A stretch of 63,920 nucleotides of DNA, filler included, from Dicyema japonicum (lineage: Eukaryota > Animalia > Dicyemida): assembly GCA_011109175.1 (NCBI GenBank). It is 6 parts of 6 records of this genome, joined end to end, with 100 filler letters (N's around TTAATTAATTAA, not from the genome) between each part and the next. Parts side by side here need not be neighbours in the genome. Positions count along the whole stretch, not along the records: positions 36,401 to 45,858 come from RDEW01000118.1; positions 45,959 to 59,537 come from RDEW01000216.1; 4 more parts are not named here. One strand, 5' to 3'. The translations under genes were made by a program, and so were the position numbers. Positions within the stretch are counted from its first letter, which is position 1. Each line of letters starts with the position of its first letter. The notes beneath the pieces are model-generated. The model saw only the letters and a program-made list of their open reading frames with translations. It did no database searches and was not told where the DNA came from. Below are positions 38,831 through 51,558 of this stretch, piece by piece.

Positions 38831-39196
38831 GCACTATAGTGTATTTTTCGTGCAATATTCTAGTCAAATGGTCCATTACAAGTACGAATATTTTCGGTGA
38901 CAGTGCGTACCTTGCAATGTCCACTTCATTATTTGAATTGTTCCAAATCTTCAATTTTTTGAAGATGAAATACGGAGATTACTTGCAAAATGAGTTGAGG
39001 TTTTTAAAATTTTAATATACACAAAAAGGAAATTAATATAATTAGGAAATATTATATTTCCAAAAATGTCTGTTCTTCCTTTTTAACTTCCGAAACACTT
39101 TTCTATTCAAAAATTTGTTCTAAAAACAGACTCGATATTCTAAACCTAATTTTCTTTTTTAAATAAACAATAAAATCCAAACAATTTTTTAAAAAT

Positions 39197-39754
39197 TCAC
39201 CAATCTAATCTGTTGTTTCGTATAGAATCGACTAATAAGTAAAGATCCCGCGCAGATCTTATTCGGGACCACGAGTCATAATTTTCAAAGTCAAAGTCCA
39301 GAATGATTCTGGCCATTTCCTTCAATGACCTCTTCTCGCTGCCAGATTTTTGCATCATTTCAATGAGTTCCGGACACAAATATGTGTCGAAACAGTCGAA
39401 ATATATGATGTTAAATTCTAAACAAGCGAAAAATTGGCCAAGGTCGTGACCAATTATGAGTGTGTCCTACAACTATAGACCAAACATATCATTACTTTCA
39501 GGATATCGAATATAATTGATCTCGCGCTACGAAATGAGATCGAGTTATCCAAATCATAGGGATGGACTCCTCCATATTGAGTCCGATAATTGGTGACTGA
39601 TTGGTTCGGTGTGATAAAGCTTTCAAAGAGGATAGTTAAATCATGATTGACAATAAGACAGTGCGCTAAAATGTATTTCAGGAAACAAAGAGATACCTAG
39701 TGCAGATTTCTTTGGATATACCTCCACGAATTTCCAAGAGACAGAAACGTACAT
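39197..39754 (-). CDS. REXO4/ISG20-like DEDDh exonuclease homolog, catalytic residues absent (165 aa)
   Basis: MYVSVSWKFVEVYPKKSAL|AHCLIVNHDL..ITPNQSVTNYRTQYGGVHPYDL..ILK|DTLIIGHDLGQF..RSLKEMARIIL..ENYDSWSRIRSARDLY. GT-AG introns at 39666..39696 and 39467..39495; open frame throughout. Confidence 0.8.
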
Positions 39755-39899
39755 CGATAAATTAGATAAATTGAATTTAACTTCCTTTTTAATACTATTT
39801 CTGTGCAGGTTAACCAATTAAAAAGGTATAATAGGTTAAAATATAAATTTTTAAAATAATAAATTAAATTATTAATTTTAAAATCCTAATACGTTTCGT

Positions 39900-40650
39900 A
39901 TTCAATAGTTTTTGAGGAATTTACAACTCCGCGAGTTTGCTTCTTTTTCGACGGGCACGCAAAGATTGAACTGAGAAACGCATTCAATTCCTGAGAAGAG
40001 ATTGTATCCTCGAAGCCTGCGCGAAAGAAATTCCACGTATCGTGCCGATCGTCTCCCTGGCCTACCGGCCAAATGCTGTGCAACCAGCTTACTAGAAGAT
40101 TACGCTGAATGTATGAAGACGTGCGTTTACCTTGGTGGCATCGGTCTGATTCCCACCTGACACAGCCTACGGAGCGTAGTTCTCCTTAGTGCATTTTTCC
40201 AGAGAAATGACTGACACTGTTCTCTCCCATTACAATGAGCAGAGAATATCATTTCGTATCGATGAAAGATTTTTTCATNACAAGGAGTTCGGTGAGACTA
40301 CGAACTGTTCGCAAAAGAGTCACAAAAATATATTGGGAGGTTTGTCCTCAGTTAAATCGGTCTCTGAATATACGGACTCGTACATTGAGCAGAAAATATT
40401 GAATATTCCTCATAAACTACGACAGGAACTTGTGGATATTGAGCTCTACAACCAAATCAGGTGAATATACGTCACACATCAAAAGGAATCAGATAATGCA
40501 AGAACTCCGTGCGGAGATGGAAACTCCTGATGCTGAGTATGTGAGCGAGACGATGGACAAATATTGGAGATCTGATTTTGTATCAAAACGTCCGCAATCT
40601 CAACATGTTTTATTTGTTGGCGTATCGTTAGCCGCACGACTACAAGTGTG
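39900..40650 (+). mobile_element. CRE-clade RT remnant
   Basis: KIELRNAFNS*..DCILEACAKEIPRIVPIVSLAY matches the KLDIRNAFNSIRR..IPEISRMVRLSY region of the 49-51 kb element. Confidence 0.65.
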
Positions 40651-41206
40651 AATCCGGGTATTCATATTGGGTGAATAAACTGAATAAAACAAACGTCATC
40701 TAACCTGCTTTATGGTAGGGACAAACAAAATTTGGGGAATTGGGGAATCCTTGGAAGATAAACTGTTCCTTTTCCAAGCCCATTGGCGAGTACTGGGATG
40801 AGGAACTTCCTCACAGAATACCCAGATGAGCGCATTCCTTGTATACTAACTATTAATACACTTTTAATGTTGACCACAAACATATATTCGTAGAATAACG
40901 CACTCATTAAGGAATTCCCATTGTGCAAGTTGCCTAATAAGTGGTCTCGCCATAATAGGTGCTCTTCTATTATTTTAGAATTTAATTTCGCGAATGACAA
41001 GTTTTCTACCCTCATAGCTTCAGCACTCACATTTCTGTTGTTTTAGTTTCACCACTGTATCAGATGTCAGAGGGTTTTTACTGATTCTTCATTTATGCGA
41101 AATAGAAACCATAGGGTTTCTGAAATTAAATTTTCATCTTAAAAATTATACATTCATTAATTCATTATAAATTGAAAAATATAATTACAATTCATTTAGT
41201 AAACTC

Positions 41207-41283
41207 ATGTGTGCTCTCGCGGAGGTGATAAGAGAAACGTGTCTAATTTATGAGGATTTTCCGAAAAAGGGAGTACAGTTTAT
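41207..41283 (+). pseudogene. Possible APRT N-terminal fragment truncated by a hAT element
   Basis: MCALAEVIRETCLIYEDFPKKGVQF resembles the APRT IRxxPDFPxxGxxF motif and runs directly into hAT subterminal sequence. Confidence 0.3.
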
Positions 41284-42946
41284 GCCGGATCCGGCCCGCG
41301 ACAACATTTTATCCGGCCCGCGCACTATTTCGAGATATTCAATTAATACCTTAATAATTAACTCAAATAAAAACTTAAATTTTTGTTTCTTTCTCATTTT
41401 TATTTTTAAGATTTGTTAGTAAAGCATGAAATATTATTTTTAATTAATAAGTGTTTAATTAATGGAAAATCTAATAGATTATTGCCAAGGTGGCTGTGCC
41501 ATGCTTATTTTATGTTGTGCTTTATGTATTTCTTTTTTCCCATATTATTATATTATTGAATCTGATTTAGAAGGAGTGCTTCGTTAGCAAGTTTCATTTA
41601 TTGACTATTTTATTTGAAATTTTCTGATTGTCATTATTTATTCTATTCCTTCAAAATCACTTTCTTTTAACTTATTTTACATCTTGTTGAACATCCCTTT
41701 TCCTTTTCCTCTGGGTGATTTTTTCTCGATTTAAGATAAAGAATTTGTCCAAAATGGTAAAAAAATAGATTTTATAAACTCCGAAGTGAGATTGATATTT
41801 TTTTTAACCAGTAAAAATAACTATTATCCGGAATTATCAGATCTTGCTTGGCTATCAAAATTATCATTTTTGGTTGATGTTACAACTCACATGAATGAGC
41901 TAAATCTGAAATTACAAGGAAAGGAAAACTTACTTGCTTGGCTATCAAAATTATCATTTTTGGTTGATGTTACAACTCACATACATGAGCTAAATCTGAA
42001 ATTACAAGGAAAGGAAAACTTACTTTGTGATATCTACAGGATAATTAAAGCAAACAGTAATGAGATCGACATTACTTTCCAAATTGGAATTATCAAAGAA
42101 TTAAAACATCATTTTTTACATAAATTTTCTGAACTTGACAAAATTGAAAGCGATATAATTTTGTTCGAAAATCCATTTTCTTGTAATGTTGAGAATGTTC
42201 AACATGAATTACAATTAGAAGTTATTGACTTACAATCAACTCGCTGAGTTCTACGAATATCTCAAGGATGATGAGTTTCCGAGACTAAAGAATTTTGCGA
42301 TAAAGATGATTTCTATATTTGGCACAACTTACCAATGTGAGCAAACGTTTTCGAGGATGGAATATGTTAAATTCTTTCACAACACGGGAATTATTTCGCA
42401 ACACGGGAAGCCCTTTAGTGATGGGATGTATATCAAAAATTGCATTATTGAAGCAGTTAATTGTTTGTGCCCACAAAATTCTTCCTTATTTGATAAAATA
42501 AGTTTGTCGGCGAATTCTGTATCACGGAGAACTGAAGAGCTTGGAAAATATATATTTACAAATTTGTGAAAATACAAGTAATATTTCATAGCTCTCATTA
42601 AAATTTTTGTTTACTTTATTTTTGTTTAAATTAGTTTTTATTGTACAAAAACACACTNCAAAATTCTTCCTTATTTGATGGAATAAGTATGTCGGCGAAT
42701 TCTGTATCACGGAGAACGGAAGAGCTTGGAAAATATATATTTACAAATTTGTGAAAATACAAATAATATTTCATAGCTCTCATTAACATTTTGGTTTACT
42801 TTATTTTTGTTTAAATTAGTTTTTATTGTAAAAAAACACACTTATGAATTTCTAGTAAAATTATAATCCTATGCACGTGCTCCGGCCCGCGTTCATTGTT
42901 GTGGGGTCAATCCGGCCCGCGAGTGCAAAAAGTTTGGTGACCCCTG
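41283..42946 (+). mobile_element. hAT (Buster/SPIN/GTF2IRD2-like) transposon remnant, rearranged
   Basis: WLSKLSFLVDVTTHMNELNLKLQGKE (twice), FENPF, FGTTYQCEQTFSRM and HGKPFSDGMYIKNC. Right TIR ...aaaagtttggtgacccctg ends at 42946; ccggcccgc subterminal motifs at both ends; left TIR missing. Confidence 0.9.
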
Positions 42947-43540
42947 TTTTAGAGAAATAAAATACGTCACAAAAATTCAGATACACAATATAATGAGGAT
43001 GAACTTTATTAGGAGTAGATGAGTGTATTCATCTAAATATGCATCTATTAATACTGCGGCAAAAATATCCGAATATATCAAATGTAAAGAAAACATAGAT
43101 ATATGCAGTTGATCAAAAACTAGCCATAAATATCAAAATTTAAAGATTTTTTAACTCAAATAAAAAGTTTAGAGAATAAATAAAGGATATATTTACATCT
43201 TACTTGTATTTTCTGATGGAAAAAAATTAGTATAGTCCATTTATTTATAAATGTATATTGACAAACTAAGCATATGTGTAATGGCATATTCATGCCCAAA
43301 TAATGAACAAAAAAAGGAAATTTTGTAGGGAAACCACGAGTGAAGTAATGTAGGATCTCCATTCCAAATTTCATCACGATTGGACAGTTTAATAGAAAGA
43401 AATTTGCTATTTCCGAACATTAATAATAACTGAAACATTGAATAAATCATTTAGCGAAATAGTACTGGAATCTCATTGGCTGCTTATACCACAAAGAGCC
43501 GGCTGTATGAGATACAGTACATTGTTTGCTTTTGATTATT

Positions 43541-44240
43541 ATGGTTTCCGCTGTTAAGCAAAATAATGATTCTGTTCTACTTGTAAAAAAGGTTTCAAAG
43601 AAATCGCATCCCTCATATCTCAATATGATACTTGCCGCCATGAAATCTTTTTCAGACGACAAAGCGGCAACTCGTGCCAATGTGCTTGCATATATAAAAA
43701 ACAATTATAACGTTGGGGATAATGACAAGAGAGTCAATTTTTCTATCAAACGTGTTATTAATTCTTCAATTGAGAGTGGACAGTTTTTCAGAATATCTGT
43801 ACGGTCTATCTTTTGAGTTTGTAAGGGTGTCGGTGCCACTGGATCATTTTGCTTCCCAAACTCTCTTCTTGCTAAAAAAGCTGAGCGGAAGGAAAAGAGA
43901 CTCCAATCGACCCATAATAAAGCTGAAAGGTTGTCAAATTGTTGAATTCTTTAGCGAAGAAACAGCAACTAAAACAAAAAAAGTGGCGGCTTCTAAAAAA
44001 GTTGCAGGCACAGAAGTTAAGGCTGTCAAATCCAAGAAAGTTGTGTCTAAAAAAAAGCCAGTTGTCAATACCGATAAATCGCCATTTAAAGTATCCAAAG
44101 AAAAGAAAGACGTGCCTAAAAAGAAACCAGTCGTAAAGACGACTGGTGTAAACAAGGCCCTCTCTAAAAAGGCGACTTCTGTAAAGAAGCCAGTCACAAA
44201 GAAAACTGTAAAGAAACGTATATCTAAGGCCAATAGTTGA
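43541..44240 (+). CDS. H1: Linker histone H1, intron-containing
   Basis: SHPSYLNMILAAMKSFSDDKAATRANVLAYIKNNY..RIS|GVGATGSF globular domain plus a K/A/V/P-rich tail. GT-AG introns at 43799..43825 and 43930..43954. Confidence 0.92.
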
Positions 44241-45319
44241 CTTTACTTATATTTAATTGTTTTTTTCGTTAAAACATTGATTATTTCCCTTTAAGATCAT
44301 GATAATTTTTATTCAATTACTCATAAAATCCTCTAATTAGTCTACTTGTCTGTTGGTTATTTCTTTTTCTTACATAAGGACCTAACAGTCTGTTTTTAAT
44401 TTTGTTCATGATACGTATAATATTTGACCACAAAGTTTTGTTTTAATTTTGGTTGATTTATATTTGTCGATATAATTGAAGGAATGTTTATGAGTCCATT
44501 TGTTCTTACGGTCCTCCTACGTCTACTCTATTTGAGATGGAACTAGGTTAGGGACTATACATACAGCTTAATTATGAGCTTACTCACTCTCGATAGCTTC
44601 TATGACGCATCCGACGAGAGCTCGCCCCTCATCAACAGCCGTATCGTAATTATTTACTTCATATTAATTATCTTGACGTTTTCCATGTTTTTTTACAATA
44701 AACTCCACCTATCTTTAAACAATAAGCGGCTCTCTCCGCTGAAATTTTACCTTCCATCATTCTCGATATTTAGTAAAAGATTCATTTGGACTCAATTTAT
44801 TGAAAATACATTTTTCCCGATGTAATTTAAGAACATCTTAAAACATATTCATGGGAATTAATCTGTTTATTAAGCTTGAAAATGTTTTTCGCGCACAATT
44901 AGTATTGATTAATCTCCAGAATCCTGATGTGCCAATGACAGTTGATTATTGATAATGTTACCATGTGTCTGTAATTAGATTCGTCCGTTTAAAAAATTGT
45001 CTGTTACATGCCGTGTTACTGTGATTATCTAATTTTGTACTTTATAATCTTGATTTGTTAAATCGGATTGTGCTGCAATTGACATTTATTTCTACATAGA
45101 CATGACAATGCTTTGCTCCATAGGCCATTGTTCTCTTTGGATAAACATATAGAAAAAGTAGATAGGTCAACATTTGATTTTTCCATACATTTAAACATAA
45201 CCGAGTGTAGTGATTTACAGATGATTCGTTTAAGCAAAAGCATCCTCTGAGTGCCCTCAAATGACTGAATGTCCAGGTTTCCCCTCCCCTGACAACTGCA
45301 TATTTGGAGGCAAGAAATC

Positions 45320-45860
45320 CTGCGATGGTGGTTAAGTGCCAATTTTTTGTTTTTATCACTCGTAGAATACTCAGCCTTTGAAGACAGATAGTCAATTGTT
45401 TTTCCAATTTTTTAATAAACTGGAAGAGCACAATTTTTGGAAAATTCGACCTAAAGGTAGGTCTAATCGGGCAACCGAGGGGTGCAATCAATTCAGGACG
45501 TCAAATAAGGTCGGGAAAAAGCAAGAACGAGCAGATTTAATGCTTCTAACCTGNCGATGGTGGTTAAGTGCCAATTTTTTGTTTTTATCACTCGTAGAAT
45601 ACTCAGCCTTTGAAGACAGATAGTCAATTGTTTTTCCAATTTTTTAATAAACTGGAAGACCACAATTTTTGGAAAATTCGACCTAAAGGTAGGTTTAATC
45701 GGGCAACCAAGGGCTGCAATGATTTCAGGAAATCAAATAAGTTCAGGAAAAACCAAGAACGAGCAGATTTAATTCTTCTAACATATATATTTCGATACCT
45801 GTCTGGGATGTACTTGACCACAATTTTGGAAAATTCGACCTAAAGGTAGGTTTAATCGNN
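45320..45860. repeat. Diverged tandem repeat of about 230 bp (two full units plus a partial) next to an n and a gap
   Basis: gatggtggttaagtgccaattttttg...ttttggaaaattcgacctaaaggtagg is repeated. Confidence 0.8.
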
Positions 45861-45959
45861 NNNNNNNNNNNNNNNNNNNNNNNNNNNNNNNNNNNNNNNN
45901 NNTTAATTAATTAANNNNNNNNNNNNNNNNNNNNNNNNNNNNNNNNNNNNNNNNNNNNT

Positions 45960-46290
45960 TGACGGCCCTGGTATGATCCTCCAACGTGGAACCAGAAGAC
46001 TAGACTCTTTTATGTATTAAATCGAAAGAGGGAAACTTTACTACCTATCCTAAAAAGAATGTGGATAGTGAAATAGCTATTAATACTGATCAGTGAGATG
46101 CTTATGTCTGGTTGAACCATAGTGAAAATTGACAGTAATGTTCACACAAACCGTTGAGAGAATTTGGAGAGAATGCAAAGCAAAATTGTTTGTAAAATTG
46201 AGGGGTGGGCCAACAGAGTTATTACAATCCCATCTAGATTTCAAGTGGAAGAATCGACGGGAGATGGCTGATCACAGGTCAAGGCAAAAA
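45960..46290 (+). mobile_element. Merlin (ISXO2/IS1595-like) DDE transposase remnant
   Basis: NRKRETLLPILKKNVDSE..NTDQ*DAY..LNHSEN..HTQTVERIWRECKAKL..LQSHLDF. Confidence 0.75.
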
Positions 46291-46519
46291 TTCAAGGTCA
46301 AGGCAAAAATTCCTTGCTGATCTGAATGAGAAGGGACTTGTCTTTGCAGTTGAGGACAGATTAAGGCATGACAAGTACAAAATTGTAATTGACCTCATTG
46401 ACAAACTCATTAATGACTACAGACATGTCATCAGTTGATGTAAATAAATAGAGTTTTTGTAATATTTTTTATAAATAAATTGGTTGAAAAAAACGAGTTT
46501 TATTTTTACGGGAAACAAT

Positions 46520-47000
46520 TAAATCAAAATCATTACTCGCTTCTAGACCTTTCTCCTCTTAGAAGAGGAGTCGTTGACCTCACTCGTTTCCACCTCATTC
46601 AGATTACCTGGAACATCATTGAACTGGACTGCCAAATCTACCAGGTGATTGGTTGCTGTAACCGGATCTTCCTCGATCGTGTAGACCCCATACTTATACT
46701 CCACCAACATCCTCTCCAACGTCTTTTAGAGGACAAAAGATTGGATGTATGTTATGTTTGGCGCATCGATTGTGATGGCTCCCAAATGAGATCTATAAGC
46801 CTTCGAAACTACACCGTCCCATGTTAAAACAATAGGTATGACTTTGACTGGAGCACCATAAAATAGCTTGAGCTCTCCAGCCAATAAATCGTACTTATAA
46901 AACTTTCTACTTCAGTGTTCTTCAATAACCCTTGAGAAGTAATTCCAATTTCACGAACTTTTATGTAAGAATGTGCCAAGATCTGAGTTTCTCGGACCAT
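46520..47000 (-). mobile_element. R4/Dong-like RLE retrotransposon 3' fragment
   Basis: EIGITSQGLL..KYDLLAGELKLFYGAPVKVIPIVLTWDGVVSK..YIQSFVL*KTLE. Confidence 0.8.
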
Positions 47001-47339
47001 CAAGTCTTACAAACAAAGAATGCTTTATCGGCCAAGAGATCAGACATTTTAATAACTCCGGATATGCCTAAAACAAATTTATTTTTTGAAAGAGTCATGT
47101 TCATCCATATTTGCCATTGTGGGAACCTCTTCACAGAGATAAAGAAAAGAGGAATCCCTATAGGATTCCGGTCATGGGCATCTTTGAATTATGCAGATCT
47201 AATGACACCTCTTGGAAATTGAAGAAGGAAAATAGTAAGAAAGAATCCTTCAACCAGGTATGTAGCGGTGTAGGAATCGAACACACAGCTAAACGCGACA
47301 ATGACAAATGCACTAACAACCAACCTACCTAGTAGAGAC

Positions 47340-47510
47340 AATATGCGAAGGTGAATATAGTACCCCTGTTATAAACCTGGGACGATATTGTAGGTTTTTT
47401 CTACAAATTTTATCAAAATACTCTTAAAGTGGATGATACTACACGAAAATATTTTATCAATAAGACTGTAGAGGACATGAGAGTAAAATATAATATGGTT
47501 GATCAGACAG
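47340..47510 (+). mobile_element. Second R4-like 3' remnant
   Basis: KVNIVPLL*TWDDIV..NKTVEDMRVKY is homologous to 46520..47000. Confidence 0.45.
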
Positions 47511-48734
47511 GGTGACTCTCAGACACATCAATATTGGACAATCGACCAGAGACATATATTGGGGAGATGCTACCTGCTCTAGATGTTGAAGGAAAGAATT
47601 GAGGAGACAAATTCAGCCTAATGTCAACTGCTTGAAGTGATGACTGATGACTCCTGGGATGGTGACTCCTGGTCTATAACGTAAAGATAACATCTTCATA
47701 ATCTCGGCTATTATCATAACAGCCTATTAAGAAATTATGTGGGTCATAATAGTCTACTTTTCATAAGTTAGAAATGGATAATTCATTCATCCACCTGATG
47801 CAGGTGGTGGATGTAAATAACACGGACTGTCCATTCCTTATGGATAATCTTGCTGGTTATTTGCAAAAAACTATTCATTTTTAATGTTTAACTTTTTCGA
47901 AATTCTAATAAATTTGTTAATAAAGAAATGACACATTTAATTTGGCATAATGATTTTTAATGTGGGAAGAATTAGTTCTAAAATACGAAAAATTCAGCTT
48001 TGCCGAGATCTACAGCATTGCAGAGTGGCTATTACCTTCAGGAGGCTAAAGTATCTCCGAACTGAATGAAGACTATGGGGAATACAGCTTTCTGTTACTG
48101 AGACCGGACTGTAGGCACTATGGAATGGCTTGCGGTACATCAAAGCATTACAATAAAAGTATTGGAAAATCATTGTCAGGATTTGCATAATCCTGATATG
48201 CATGAACAACAAATTAGAAATTAGAAAATGCAGACGATTTAGATATTCTTTGAAAAATTGCATTCTTAAAGTTGAGTAATCTAACATGGAATTGACATTA
48301 ATGCGAGGAAATTTAGGGATCGGTCCGTCTTCCAGTCGATCTCCGTTAAGACGTCTGGCTCACTTGGCTTCAGAACAGCAAGTTTTTTAGGGCGATCGGA
48401 CAGCTTGTAAGACTGAGGAAGAGATAGCCTATAACGACACCATGGCTCTTCCAGGACATTGGGCTCGCGACCATGAGGTCATTAGGTTATCTGGGTTTTT
48501 ACAGTCGTGTTGCCTAGTGTGCTTTCCAAAATCATCTTAAAAATTAATAGGTCACGTATAAAAAGCAGTCCGACTGTTATTTAGAGATACTAAAGAGACT
48601 AGATAAGTTCTGTAATACGTAAATTTTAAGTACCACCATAATTAGGAGTTATAATTTTGAACAAAATTAATAAAAAATCAATGAGCTGAATTTCATAAAG
48701 TATTTGGGACGAAAAACGACTCAGAAATATATAT

Positions 48735-48759
48735 TGTCACCGTCCGTACGTGGAACTCC
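48735..48759 (+). repeat. Left TIR-like end TGTCACCGTCCGTACGTGGAACT
   Basis: 22/23 match to the reverse complement of 53154..53176. A related end lies at 61675..61693. Confidence 0.75.
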
Positions 48760-48939
48760 TTCGATTTTTTTTAATTTTTATGACATTTATTTTATTTAGT
48801 CAAAACTACCAATTTTTTCAAACCTATTGGATGTCTGGTTATAATTTATCCTGCAAAATATGTTTATTCACAACAAGAACAAATTTAATATAATTAAAAT
48901 CCGGAAAATCTGTTATTATTGAACCAGAGAAAACCACGT

Positions 48940-49040
48940 CATATCTAAAATAAACAAAATTCAGGTGATCCCAGCCTCCCTCAACAGTTTCCGCATCTTT
49001 TCTCGGTGTTCCGACTGCGTTCCTGCACATTTCCTATATG
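48940..49040 (-). mobile_element. 3' terminal fragment of the GIT* LINE family
   Basis: EHREKMRKLLREAGIT*. Confidence 0.6.
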
Positions 49041-49175
49041 GACGGTTTTAAAATTAAAAAATCTAAGCGAAAATTTACTTTTGATATAAAAAAACTTATT
49101 CTATTATTTACCCTATCCATTACTAACTATAATAAGTTTCCTACAGTTATAACTTATACTAAATATAAAACTTGT

Positions 49176-51558
49176 TTGACTCACCCTCTTCATCCAGAAC
49201 CAAGAAAAGGGATCTTCGCAGAGAAATAAACAAGAAGATCATGGTCGGGGACATTCGGGGAGCCCTACGTACACTCTCCAGCAGCGACAAGGTTCTTTCA
49301 CCAAGCAAAGAAACCTTAGACCAGTTAGTCCAGAAACATCCGCCCGCACCAGCTGATCTACGTGACACGAAAATTCAAAAGGATGTCCCACAACTAAATG
49401 CCACTCCTGATGATATTAAATGGGCTATTCGTGCATTCCCTGGAAGCAGCGGCGCCGGTCTGGACGGCCTACGACCAAGCCACATAAAAGACCTCACCTC
49501 TGTAACAACCGTCGACACAGGGACTCCCTCATCGTCTCATTGAATGCTCTTACGAACGTTCTTCGGGCAGATATCTCGGAGTATGCTCGAGAACTCCTCT
49601 TCGCTTCGAGGTTGGTAGCCTTCAAGAAGCCTTGCGGCGGGATAAGACCCATCGCCATTGGTAACGTCCTTAGGCGCCTATCGTCGAAGATCGCTGCCAG
49701 AGCAGCCAGCAAGACTTTGAGTGCCGAACTTAGTCCTGTCCAACTCGGAGTTGGAGTACCTAATGGATGTGAAGCAGTAATACATTCAATCCGGAATTTT
49801 GTTGCCAGCCCTCCTGACGCGCAGGATTCAATTATAGTCAAACTGGACATACGTAATGCATTCAATAGCATCCGAAGGATAGAATCATAGAAGATAGTGT
49901 CTCTAGGATTCCTGAGATCAGCAGGATGGTCAGACTCTCATATGGTTCCCCGTGTACGCTGATCTTCGGACAACACGCCATCAAGTCCAAGACTGGAGTC
50001 CAACAAGGAGACCCACTTGGCCCTCTACTCTTTGCTTTGGGATCGACTGTGTATCATCTGCGATCAAAACTCCTTGAACTTATGGTACCTTGATGACGCG
50101 ACCATTGGGGGAGTTGGGAAATTGTTGTGGAAGAGGTTAAACGCGTCATCCCTGCCCTCGCGGCACTCGGACTGGAGCCGAATCCATCGAAGTGCCGTGA
50201 CCTGTGGAAGGACACGCGCAATAACGACCATTTCTACTTGCCTCCAGGACATCAAAGTCACCCGACTAGAAAAGGCGATCTTCCTCGGATCTCCTCTGTA
50301 TGACATGTCAACTGTCCTGGAGGAGAAGAGTGAATCCGTACAGCTGCTCACGCACAATCTAAAGGCTTTGGACTCCCACATTTCTCTCTTCATCCTCAAG
50401 AATTTTCACCTTACCACGACTCCTTTTTTTTCTACGGACATCCCCATGTTTCACAGACATGGATTTCTTGAGAGTTATCGATGAGAAGCTGAGGACCTCT
50501 GTTGAAGAAACACTTAACATCTCTCTGGATAAAGCAGGGTGGACCCAATGCAAGTTACCACTTCGTTATGGAGGAATTGGGATACGCTCGCCACTTGAAC
50601 TCGCCCTCCCAGCCTTTCTGTCTTCGACATATGCTTCCCGTGGTCTAGTTCACCAGATCCTACGCTACATTAACGGATCGGACACTGAACCAATGGCATG
50701 CATGGCTCACGATGTTTGGATTGGACTTAATTTGGGACTCCCGAAGAACTTCAACAAACAACGAGACTGGAACGAACTTGTATGTTCGAGGACCATCGAT
50801 GAGCTAAAACCACAACTCGACCAGCATCGTCTGGCTTGTCTGGCTACCGCATCAACAAACGTAAGCGGTGCATGGCTCAAAGCATTCCCGTGCATTTCAC
50901 TCGGAACTTTTCTGGACGATGACTCCACGAGGATTGGGGTTTGCGTCAATCGATGCGCAATCGCTGTAGATGTGGAGGAATAGTCGACGCAAAAGGACTC
51001 CACGCACTTTCCTGCCGAAGGAGCGCTGGAAGGAGCCTGAGACATAGTGCAATCAACAAGGTTATTGCGTGGGGACTAGAAGCTGCCGGATTCCCTGTCC
51101 AGATGGAGCCCCTAGGACTTGCCACGGCAAACAGAAGGCCGGATGGAGCGACTCTGTTCCCGTGGGATGCTGGGAAGTACCTGGCCTGGGATGCCACCTG
51201 CGTAGATAGCTTCTCCCCTTCCAATATTACAATGAGTGCGACAAATCCAGGCTCAGCTGCAGAGAAAGCAGAAATACTTAAAGCAAAGAAGTACACATGC
51301 CTCGGCGAGCAGTACACATTTGAACCAGTCGCAGTCGAAACTTCGGGAGTCATAGGAAGCAGGTCGTTAGCCCTGCTCAACAAAATTGGATCGTTAGTCG
51401 CTAAAAGGAAGAGGGATGTCAGAGAGAAGGGCTGGCTCATTGAGCGCATCTCCTTACAGATCGTAAGGGGAAATGCGCTCTCAATCCTGAGAGCAGCCAG
51501 TAGCCTTTAACTATTTGGTTTTATTCTTCAATAAATTGTTATTGATTTAAAAAAAAAA
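49176..51558 (+). mobile_element. CRE-clade RLE non-LTR retrotransposon, 5'-truncated, with poly(A) and 9-bp TSD
   Basis: GSSGAGLDGLRP, GIRPIAIGNVLRR, QLGVG, KLDIRNAFNS, QQGDPLG, WYLDDATIG, CRCG..HALSC, RPDG..WDATC, KKY and PVAVETSG. The A-tract ends at 51558; aaaacttgt is at 49167..49175 and 51555..51563. Several frameshifts. Confidence 0.92.

Noticed and set aside
40710-41030. 106-aa ORF upstream of the hAT element
   Set aside because: Possibly a host gene, but no motif is recognised and the start and splice structure are unresolved.
43934-44233. Antisense ORFs over H1, CRE and the LINEs (e.g. 43934..44233, 49494..49871, 50946..51449)
   Set aside because: Shadow ORFs explained by codon composition on the coding strand.
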